Positions 1 through 10,428 of a stretch of 64,000 nucleotides of DNA are shown here, piece after piece (positions within the stretch are counted from its first letter, which is position 1; each line of letters starts with the position of its first letter). Origin of the DNA: Octopus bimaculoides (taxonomy: Eukaryota); NCBI RefSeq assembly GCF_001194135.2, contig NC_068985.1, positions 81,214,105-81,278,104 on the forward strand. Direction: 5' to 3'. The notes under the pieces were generated by a model. It had not been told where the DNA came from and did no database searches. It saw only the letters and a list, made by a program, of their open reading frames with translations. Position numbers and translations under genes: made by a program.

Positions 1-12
1 ACTCCTTTCTCC

Positions 13-52
<40 letters not shown>

Positions 53-759
53 TTCTCTCCCTCCCTCTGTCCCTCCCTGCTTTTCTCTCACTCTTTCTCC
101 CCCCTCTCTCTCTCCAGGAGCTGGCTGGTCTCGTGCCATGTCCACTCATTCATTCCTCCTCCTCTTATCATCCATGTTATATCGAATCTCAAAAATGAGT
201 TAGAAACAACATAGTTGAAGTTATTTATTGTACAGTGTATTGACTCCAATATATTACTGATATTATTGACCACATCAGCATTGAACAGACTAGAACCAGT
301 ATTGCTTCTCACTGGCAGTTTTCAACTCTTAACATAAAAGACTCAAACAAAATTCTTTAAGGCATTCAATAGGGTACTCCACCATTTGTTCCACTTCATT
401 GCCTTTAAGCAATAAATATATTGATTTGGAATCATAAAAGATATAGAATCAATGTTTAATTCTTAAAAATAATCAAACTGAAAGGGAAAATAGACAAAAA
501 AGCAGCAGCTGGCAAATAATTTATGGAACAGTCTTTATAAACATAGCTGACAATGAAATAATTTCTCACCATCGAATTCAGTATTCTTGTTCTAAAAGAA
601 CTGTAGTACTGCTCTTCTTTACAACTTTGAATAAAGCATTATGCATAGAATTGTCTAAAACAGAAGTTCTCTGTTTAAGTAGATGCTCAGTACATCCTTA
701 GCTTTTGGTTTGCTCTTCCTGAATTGGATGGCTTCAAATGGAAGTGTTTTGTCTTTGTC

Positions 760-839
760 TCAGAAAAGAAATTCACAATGCTGAGTGATATAGGAATTCT
801 TCAGAACTGACAGTCTTTCCTTTGCATTACTTCCTTTTG
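760..839 (-). CDS. Candidate terminal coding exon of the same antisense gene
   Basis: Acceptor tttttttatgttatAG. The frame continuing from 2376-2312 gives (A)KGSNAKERLSVLKNSYITQHCEFLF followed by TGA at 762-760, and is the longest of the three frames. Confidence 0.35.
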
Positions 840-1044
840 CTATAACATAAAAAAATTCCCATCTTTTTTTCCTCCCTACCTCACTTATCTGTTTTGTGAG
901 TACTCATATACATATACCCACACAAATATATATGTGTGTATGTATATCTATGTACATGTGTATATCTGTCTATGCATGTATGTATATGTATCATAGATTT
1001 CTCTCTGTCTCCCCTTCTCTCTCTCTGTCTCTCTCATCTATATA

Positions 1045-1445
1045 TATATCTTTTATCTTTCACTTGTTTCAGTCATTGGACTGCAGCCATGCTGGGACAC
1101 GATCTTGAAGGGTTTAGTGTCAAACAAATCAACCCCAATACTTATTTTATTTTTAAGCCTAGCACTTATTCTGTCACTCTCTTTTTGCTGAACCGAGAAG
1201 TTACAGAGATATAATCAAACCAGCCCCAGTTGTCAAGTGGTGGTGGGGGTACAAACACAACACAAAGGCACATACACAAGTATACAAGTATATATGACAG
1301 GCTTTTTTCAGTTTTCTCCTACCATATCCACTCACAAGAATTTGGTTGGCCTCAGCTATAGCAGAAGACACTTGTCATGTAGTGAGACTTAACTCAGAAT
1401 TATGTGGTTGAGAAGCAAGCCTGTTGCTACACAGTCATGCCTTCA
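1045..1445 (-). mobile_element. tRNA-headed SINE, same family, minus strand
   Basis: Reverse complement of the family (cacttgtttcagtcattggactgcagccatgctgg ... ctacacagtcatgcct). Other partial copies at about 49020-49300 (+), 63100-63190 (-) and 63800-63975 (-). Confidence 0.8.
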
Positions 1446-2168
1446 TCATTATCATTTAGCATCCATTTTGCTGTATTTACATTGGTCAAATTGAATTTGT
1501 CAAGGCATGTTTTCTACACCTGGATGTCCTTCCTATGATCAAACTTCACCTGTTTCCAAGTAAGGTAATATTTTCTCCATGGCCAGAATGTTTTTCCTAG
1601 AAGACTGGAAATGAACAACCTTGCTTGTATGATGATGATACTTGTTTACAACAGTTATGTCTAGAAATGGGTACACTCAAACACTTTTATACATAAACAT
1701 ATATAAATACATGCACACATACACACATAAGGCTTCTTTCAGTTTCCATCTAACTAATCCACTTATAAGGCTGTAGACTTTTGTTTATGCATGTTTGGCT
1801 AACCATACAACTGGAAAGTTTATTACTCATAAATTGCTTGTTGTTGTTTAACCTCTGGTGAACCCTAAGGAAAGAACTCTATAATCAAAGATACTCTACC
1901 CATAACATAACTTTGGTGTCCTTTTTATGATGATATTTAAGGAGGATTTGGCTATTATTTGTAGCATTTTGAATTGTTTGTAATTTTTTGTTTCCTGTTT
2001 TAATAGAAGGAGGCTTATGTCAATTTTTTCCAGTGCATATAATAATTTTAAGTGTGCTAAATCTGAAGTAAGATTAAAATTATTTGTGACTGATTGGATG
2101 GTCATACAGTGGCCTCACTAATGTGATGATATATATATATAATTAGTGGGACCAATGTGTGTGTGTAT

Positions 2169-2214
<46 letters not shown>

Positions 2215-2311
2215 AGTGTGTGTGGATGAATGAATGAATGGATGGATGGCTATTATAGAAATAGGTATTTCTCTGAATGTTGTCATAAGATCTGCTTGTA
2301 ACATTACTCAC

Positions 2312-2376
2312 CTTTGCCCTCCTGTATCAAACAGCAGTCTTTTCCATTTTCAATAGTGCAGTGGTTAGCTGGATTT
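2312..2376 (-). CDS. Candidate coding exon of an unidentified antisense gene
   Basis: On the minus strand, acceptor tttcattttactAG and donor AAAG|GTGAGT. The exon is 65 nt with only one open frame, NPANHCTIENGKDCCLIQEGK, which is phase-compatible with the 839-760 candidate. No family recognised. Confidence 0.4.
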
Positions 2377-3926
2377 CTAGTAAAATGAAATTGTTAATGT
2401 GTTCCACAAGAAATGATCAACAAAGAGTTGAAATTAAAGAAAAAAACAACTTATGTTTTAGCTGTGGAATTTATTTTTTAAAAAGTATGTATGTATATAA
2501 AATATAAGACTAACTGATTTGTAATAACTTCATAACAGCATTTATATAGTTTGTTTAACGTAAGATTTGAACTGTATGTTATGATGACTTTATTGGTAAT
2601 TATATTCCAACTTACTCCACTAATTATCCCAATCTGCTAGCCAGGATTGAATCTATAAAAAGAAAAGCACAATTTGATGCTTGTGAGTGTTAGTTTTTCA
2701 ATAATTAATTGCTTTAAAATATATTTTATTTTCATGTATTATAACACTGAGTGATGACATGAAAGGCCTAATTCTTAAGTTACATAGTGGTTAACTGAAT
2801 CAAGAATCTATTTATTGACCCTCATTGGGGAAAGTTTTCAACATCTTTGTTGCTGTGTAATAAAGTATATCAAATAATGTCACTATCAATGTGGTTAAGG
2901 ATCATCACCATAGTTCTATCAGTATTAATGTATACAGTGATACATCTTTTATTTATTTTCCTATACTATATTTGTCAAATATGATATTTTCTACTTTTTG
3001 TTCCTCTAATCTTAACAAAGATTCCAGACTAATCAATGCTTTGGTCTTTTCACCAGATTATCTGTAATTTTTTTAATATATTTTTTACAATTTTTTTGTT
3101 ACTTGCGTTTATTTATTGTGATATTTTTGTTTATATTTTCATTAGATAAAAATGTGATGTAAAAACTATTGACAATTTTGTTTTCCAAGAATATTTAGAT
3201 AACTTTATAGAACAAAAGCTAATCAAACTTATACATGATATACAAGATTTATATAGGAACTAATTCATCTCTTCGTTCATATATAAAAATTGATAAAGAA
3301 CTAAAATTTGATGAAATTTATTGATTAAATATTCCAAGTGATCATTAAAGACTATTTAATTATAGCTGCAGTTGCTAAGATTACCTGCATAATCTTATGG
3401 GATATATGGTGGCCAAGGACTTATGGAACTGTGCTAGATTATTTTGCTTTACAATAAAAATTACTCTCTAAAAAGACTTAAATTCAAAACCTGTCAGTAA
3501 TGATTTTTTGTTGTTGTTTTTTTTAACATTGAGACAACACACTTAAGTTAACAGTATGAAACAGATTGTTAATATTTTCATGAACCTCTCATGGTAGCAT
3601 GATAGTAGATGAAACATAAATCTCCTTTGGCTAGGATACCAGTTATCCATTAGAGGATTTGAAACCAACATTGCAAATCAGTGGTAAGATATGAACCACC
3701 AAACCTCTCAGTTAGTTGTCAAATACCATATTGATTCAGTCATCTGTAGCTTTATCTCAATTTACTTACCAAAAACATAGCTTAATGGTTGTCAATTTTA
3801 CATCAATTTTACAGAGCTACAACTGTCTTCTTGGTCAATTGAGAGCTAAGTGTCTTGATCATAAACATTATGCTAATGTTTTAAATATTTTCTATTAGCA
3901 AAGGCATCTTTGAGGAACAGTAAACA

Positions 3927-4739
3927 CAGTGAATTAGCAGGATCATTAGGACATTGGATAAAAGGCCTTGCCTTATTTGTTCTAGATCTTTACATTCTGA
4001 GTTCAAATTCTGTTGGGGTCAACTTTGTCTTTGATCCCTCTGGGGTCAATAAAATATAATACCAACCAAGACTGAGGTTGACTTAATCAACTAACATCCT
4101 CCTTGCAATTTAGGACTTATGTCTATGACAAACAATTATTATTATAATCATTAGCAGAAACCTTGAAACATCTGGTAAAATACCTTGTGGTATTTAATTT
4201 CAACTCTTTTATATTCTGAGTTCAAATTCGGCTGAGGTCAGTTTTGACTTTGTTCCTTTTAAGTATTGATAAAATAAAGTAGCAGTCAAGTACTGGGGTC
4301 AATGTAATTGACTGACCCTCTCCTCTAAAATTTCTGGCTTTGTGCCAAAATTTAAAAGAATTATTAAGAATATGGTGAGCTTGCAGATCGTTAGCACACT
4401 GGACAAAATCCTCAGCAGCATTTCTTGTAGCTTTACATTCTGTGTTTAACTTTCAGTCCTCGTGCTTATCGAAGAAAGAATTATTATGAGGAAAATGAGA
4501 GCAGTGGATTAGCAGAATTGTTATAGCATTCCCAAAAAACATGTTTTGTGGTATATGTTTAGGCACTCTATGCCCTGAGTTCAAATCCTGCTGAGGTCAA
4601 CTTTGCTTTTCATCCTTTTAGGTGTCGATGAAATAAAGTACCAGTCAGGAACTGGAGTTGATGATACTGATTAACCACATCACCTTAGAATTATTGGCCT
4701 TTTACCTAAGTTAGAAAAAGTTATTATTATTATTATTAC

Positions 4740-4787
<48 letters not shown>

Positions 4788-5701
4788 GGCAGTGAGCTGG
4801 GAGAATCATGACCATGCCAGATGAAATGCTTAGCAGCCTTTCATCCATCATTATATTTGGAGTTCAAATTCTGCTAAGGTTGATTTTTACCTTTCATGCT
4901 TTCGGGGTCGATAAATTAAGTACCAGTGAAACACTGGAGTTGATGTAATCGACTAGTCTCCTGCCCAACACATTTGAGACCTTTTGCCTCCAGTAGAAAG
5001 GATTATTATTACTATTATTATTATTATTATTATTATAATTATTATTATTATTAAGGTGGTAAGCTGGCAGAGATATTAAAATGTTGGAGAAAGTGCCTAA
5101 TGGTATTTCTTCTGACTCATTTAATTCTGAGTTCAGATTCCACTGAGGTCGACTTTGCCTCTCAACCCTTTGGGGGTCAAGGAAATAATCACTAGTCAAG
5201 CGCTGGTGTCACCTCCCACAAAATTTCAGGTCTTGTGCCTATAGTAGAAGGAATTATTACCAAAACAGAAAAGGTTACAGAATCTGAAGAATGTGAAAAA
5301 ATAAAAATAAAACTAAAAAAATGGTTTGCAACATTCTGTTATATTTCTTTTTGCTTTGATTTCATATTCATCTTTGGGTGAGAATTTTATAAATTAAGTG
5401 CATGTCAGGTACTAGGTTGATTTAATCAAGTAGATCTTTCGCTCAGTATATGGGGTGTTGTACCTATGAAAAAAAAAATTCTTTATTATGGAAGATGGTG
5501 CATAGTAGAAACGGTAGTGCTGAATGAAGGGCCTTATTTTTTTATTGTTTTTATTTAGTGTTACACTCTTTTCACATCTGAGCTCAAATACCTCAAGGTC
5601 AATTTACTTTTAATCTTTCTGAAGTGAATTAAGTAAGGACTACCATTACTAGGGTAAATTTAATCAAATGCATTCCTCTGTCATTATTATTATGATCATT
5701 A

Positions 5702-5776
<75 letters not shown>

Positions 5777-5908
5777 TCCCCAAGATTGACTTTGCCTTTC
5801 ACCCTTTTGGGGTTGATAAATTAAGTACCAGTGTAATCGTTTTATCCCCTCCTCCAAAATGGCTGCCCTTGCGGGAAAATTTGAAACCATTGTTATCATT
5901 ATTATTAC

Positions 5909-5961
<53 letters not shown>

Positions 5962-6357
5962 CACCAAGGTTGACTTTGCTTTTCATCCTTTCGGGGTCAA
6001 TAAAATAAGTACTGGCTGAGTACTGGGGGGTGATGTAATCAACTATCCCCTTCCCTCAAATTTCAGGTTTCTGATCTTGTGCCTATTGTAGAAAGGATTA
6101 TTATTATTATTATTATCGTTAGCGAGCTGGTAGAATTGTTAGCAAGCTGGGCAAAATGCTTAGTGGTATTTTGTCTGTCGTTACGGTCTGGGTTCAAATT
6201 CTGCCAGTGTCGACTTTGTCTTTATCTTTTGAGGTTGATAAAATAAGTACCAGTTGAGCACTGCGGTTGATGTAATCAACTTATCCCCCTCTAAAATTGC
6301 TGGCCTTGTCCCAAAACTTGAAAGTATTATTATTATTATTGTTGTTATTTTTATTAA

Positions 6358-6388
<31 letters not shown>
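3927..6388 (+). repeat. Head-to-tail array of about 10-11 copies of one SINE family with (ATT)n tails
   Basis: Recurrent 200-230-bp unit gtgagctggcagaat..ttctgagttcaaattc..gaggtcgactttgcctttcatcc..gtaccag..ctggggtcgatgtaatc..cttgtgcc, separated by (TAT)n and all in one orientation. Confidence 0.88.
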
Positions 6389-6389
<1 letters not shown>

Positions 6390-6588
6390 GATAAAGAGAA
6401 GAGTTCTTTACTTTTGTATACGATTGACACAATCCATCACTAAGGTAAACATAGCTGACGTAATCCATCATCAAGGCCAACTTAATAACAAAAAGCGCAA
6501 CTCGAAAGTAACTTATTTATTTTCGCTTTGAACAATATATTTCGGCATCTCGTGTGCCTTCAACAGGTTCAAAATAAGTGTCAGTCTA

Positions 6589-7032
6589 AGAGCTCTCATA
6601 GACTTCTTCAAGTTTCACTTGGAAAGGAAATTGAGAGTGGAGAGGAAAGTGCTGTCCTTGAGTGAGTTTATTGAAAGGTGGGTGAAAGTTGAGAAAATGG
6701 CAAGAGTGACCTGTGAGTTGGAGAGAAGGAATTGGAGAGGGCACTTGCTCCTAGGGTTTCAGAAAAGCCTCAGACAGTGGGCTTCCTCGATTATCCCTAG
6801 AGGCCTTCCTGTATCAGGAGAGCTACAGCTCTATTATCCTCCCTGCCCTTTTTTTTCTCAAACCTTTGTATGCTATGCATACGTCCCTTCTTTTTCAGTG
6901 TATACCGTATACACTTACGTTCTATTTTTTTTTATCCTTTCATTATATGTAAATAACCACAGTTTATGTCTATCTTTGTATTGACCCCTCACCCTTCGCC
7001 CTTGTGGCAAATAAATGAAATCCTCATCATCA

Positions 7033-7064
<32 letters not shown>
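6589..7064 (+). mobile_element. L1/Tx1-clade LINE 3' end with (ATC/ATT)n tail
   Basis: RALIDFFKFHLERKLRVERKVLSLSEFIERWVKVEKMARV, then a 3' UTR and AATAAATGAAATC followed by a trinucleotide tail. Clearly homologous to 50041-50490. Confidence 0.75.
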
Positions 7065-7065
<1 letters not shown>

Positions 7066-7560
7066 GAAAAGGTGTTGGTAGAAATTCCATTTGCTGTACT
7101 CATTGCAAGCTATGGACTCATAAGTGGTACAGTGGAATCACAGGAAGGTCAATAGAGAAAGTAGTCTTTGTGTGTGTTTGATGTGCAGGTACATGAACAC
7201 TAAGGATGTGCAGGAAGTAGATTCCCTCAAATGTGCAGGGGAAACCTTGGCAGTAGTAGATAGCTTTCATTATCTAGTCGACCAAATTAGCAGCAGTGGA
7301 TGTTGGTCTGAAAGCATAATTACTAGAATAAGAACTGGCTGGGCAAAGTTCACAGAGCAATAACCTTTGTTGCCCACAAATGGCCACCCCTTCAGATTGA
7401 AAGGCAGATGATACGATGCTTGTGTGTGGACAGCTATGCTACATGACAGCAAAACATGGACTGTGACAGCAGTGGATATGTGAAGGCTTGAATGAGATGA
7501 AGACAACATCTAGTGGATGTGCAATGTTAGTGTGCATGTACGGCAAGTGTAAATGTTTTC
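7066..7560 (+). mobile_element. Degenerate RTE-clade LINE reverse-transcriptase C-terminal fragment
   Basis: Reads VVDSFHYLVDQISSSGCWSESIITRIRTGWAKF..PLL..LKGR*YDACVWTAMLHDSKTW, the typical RTE post-RT motif (F.YLG..I....E+..RI..AW..F....L...K.RLY.A.V...+L+G.ETW), with stops. Confidence 0.8.
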
Positions 7561-9345
7561 AGAAGCTTTCCTGCATTAGGGGGACTGCATCATCCATTTG
7601 TACACTTATCCTGTATACTAGTATATTTTTTATCTCATTGTCCACCTTTTCCTTTCTTCCTCTCATCTTTTATGTGAACCCTCACACAAATTGTAAACTG
7701 TCCTTGTCGTGTCCCCTTTATCTGATCTCCTGTGGCAGATGAAAGAACTCATCAACATCATAATCATTATTATTGTGTTTCAACACAGTTTAATGTGCAT
7801 ATTTTTGCACACCTTGCAGAATTTCGATTTCTCACATGCTTAAATGAAGTAAAAGATATAGAAAGCATTTCTCTGCAAATTCTTTCTTTACAAACACTTC
7901 TGGATCACTCTGGAGATAACTCTCATACCAAAGGCAATGCAAAATATGTTATTTTAGGACACTTTTAAACAATGTCTTGTGTTCAAATTCAACCTAAGAT
8001 GGCTACTAGCCAGAGTGAAACAACTCCCACTAAGAAAGTCAAATGAATGCAACAGTGTAGAAAACATTAAAACAGAGAAAAAGTTAAGTGGACTGAGGGA
8101 CAAAAAAACATGCATTATGCAGAAAAAATAACAATTTTACAGATAACAATGCCATGTTACAAATGATGATAAAAACAACAGCAATAACAATAAAAATGTA
8201 TGCAAATTTTATCTAATGAAAAAACAATCAGCTTAAACTGTCAGTTTTTTGTCTGTCAGCACTGCTAATAACAAACATAACAAACATGAGCCAGCAAACT
8301 GAGAAGCATTTTGCTTCACTGGATTTTGCAAGCTTGAAGTCTGTCCCTGCCAAGACTAATCACCCAACAGTAAGAGTTGAGAAAGGATATCTATCTTTGC
8401 ATTGCCAAAAATGGAACAGGAGTTCTTGTGCAGCTCATCACCACTCAAATAAATAAATAAATAAAAAGAAAAAACAAAACAAAACATAATACACTAACAA
8501 AAATTTAGAATAACACATAATTAGATGTAGCCCTGGCTGATATGTGGAGAAATGTCTCTTTTGTTAGTTTAAAGCAGGCCTTATGGAACCATGTACCTAG
8601 TTTTAAAGCTGAGTATTGGGCAAAGAAGCTAGCTGAGCCAGTGTATCACTCAACTTTCCATACATAATGTTATAATATGTGTTTGATGTGATAGGAGGAT
8701 TACAGCCAAGAATACTGACAAATCTCCTTTGTTTGCCATTAGTTTTGGTAATCTGGAATGACAAATTTTGGGGTGGGGTCTCAATAGACATGCATATTGG
8801 CTTCATCATCTCCTTAAAAAACTACAAAGCCACATTGAATTGTTTGCTATCAAGGGTGCTGAGGGAAAGGCTATAAAACTGGTGGGGCAAGGCTGAAGGC
8901 CTAGCTACTAGGTGTGTGGCAGTGAAGGCCTTTTGAGCAGAACAGCTGCCCAGAACAACTCAAGAAGCAGAGAGAGTGATGATATATTTTGTGTATAAGA
9001 ATTTTACACCATTTTCATTAACAGAATTATTTTGAGCCAGTGAGAGAGCTTTTGTATGTTGGCTAAACCTGTAAGAAATAACAGTCAAATCCTCCTTAGA
9101 TCACACTATAACAGTTTTTAAAATGGAAGAACACAAATGGACAGTGTAGTCTTAGATAGATTAAACTTGAAAGCATTGTGCCTATGGAAAAAAAAATGGA
9201 ATGGTCACAACTAGAATTCCTTTAGTTATATCTTCTTAGTCAGGCTGACTTGAAACTAAGCAACAAGCTTATCACAACCACCACCAACTCAACAGCAGCA
9301 ACAACAACAACAACATGTCTACCTTCAATAACAATCTCCTTACAA

Positions 9346-9916
9346 CAGGGGTTGGCAAACCAGGGTTAAATTACCCAAGTGGGGTAAAAATGAAGTTCTT
9401 GGTGGTAATGAGAACTCATTAAAGATAAGTAAAATTATATAAATAACATGTTCCTTGTCACAACAGAAATTTTTCCTGTGGAATGAGGAGGAAGTCAAAA
9501 AGTTGCTGCCTTTTGAAGCAATCTACCTTTGTGAACAAGGATTTTCCTCTCTAATGAACATAAAAACAAAGCAGAGTAATCAATTGGACTTTGAAGACTG
9601 TATTCAAATTGCTCTGGCATCAAAATTTCCCAATTTGGTGTAATTGTAATAAAAATGAAACAATATCATTTCTTCAAAACCTGAAGTGGAAAAGTTTCTA
9701 GAAAAATCCTTTTGTTTCCTAATGAGGGTATTAATTATTTTATCACATTTGTTTTATACTTGTTTATATTCATAATTGTATTCTCCATATAAATAGATTC
9801 AATAAACCTTTTTAATTCTCAGTATCTATGATTTTCTTTTTTTCAAATGAAGGGAGTAACATTGGCGTAAATAAATATATTTTGGGGTAATTGTTTAAAA
9901 AGTCCCCCAGCCCCTG
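9346..9916 (+). mobile_element. Internally deleted hAT (Charlie/Buster-type) DNA transposon
   Basis: TIRs CAGGGGTTGG and CCAGCCCCTG, with a perfect 8-bp TSD CCTTACAA (9338-45 and 9917-24). It retains the transposase C-terminal dimerisation segment LLPFEAIYLCEQGFSSLMNIKTKQSNQLDFEDCIQIAL (about 9500-9625). Confidence 0.92.
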
Positions 9917-10376
9917 CCTTACAATATCTGTCACAAACATCAGCTACATCACAGACATAAAGGAACTCCTCTACCAGTGGTTCTTAACCTGGTTGGCAGT
10001 TGTTAGGGAAACCAGATGCTTTAGAGTGTTTAGGAATTTTCTTAGAAATAAAATATTTAAACTAAATACAATACTTATACTTCAAATACATTTTCAAAAT
10101 CATCTGTGATGACAGAATATGGAAAGGAGGTTCTGTTAGCAGTGAACATGAATTGGATTCATAAGATGTTAGCAATGTCCAATATAACTTCATTATGTAA
10201 GTCCTTGTTTTCTTGCTTTATTTAATAATATACATAAAAAATTAACATAGAGACCCCCAACCCATACTGTGTATCGAAATTATTTTCACACTGGTAGCTG
10301 CCATGATTTTGGCACAAAACAAACCAGTTGAAGCGCAGACTTCAATACGACAGGTTGAAGGTCTCTATCATGGTAA

Positions 10377-10428
10377 CATGTGCTGAGGAAGCTGAGGCTA
10401 TTTGCCAGTGCAGAAACCGGTCCACATG
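10377..10428 (+). ncRNA. Type I hammerhead ribozyme (Penelope-like, minimal palindromic stem III)
   Basis: Stem I CATGTG (10377-82) pairs with CACATG (10423-28). Core CUGAGGA is at 10383-89, and stem II is 10390-10412 with an inner GGC/GCC helix. GAAA is at 10413-16, stem III is the palindrome ACCGGU, and the cleavage triplet GUC predicts a cut after 10422. Confidence 0.8.

Noticed and set aside
88-312. 74-aa minus ORF MRSNTGSSLF...
   Set aside because: No recognisable family or splice context, and it runs into a (GA)n microsatellite.
7970-8450. Broken ORF with Cys clusters (VCKFYLMKK..NCQF; GFCKLEVCPC), reminiscent of a CCCH-finger LINE ORF1
   Set aside because: Multiple stops and frameshifts. 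The resemblance is too loose to call without a search.
9975-10100. hAT-like left end CAGTGGTTCTTAACC (and an isolated right-end-like GTTGAGGACCACT near 28552-28564)
   Set aside because: No matching opposite TIR or TSD nearby. Fragment only.
10297-10372. Apparent + exon AAMILAQNKPVEAQTSIRQVEGLYH(G) with AG/GT ends
   Set aside because: No KIF17 similarity, wrong phase to precede the 12887 exon, and it abuts the hammerhead, so it is more likely repeat sequence.
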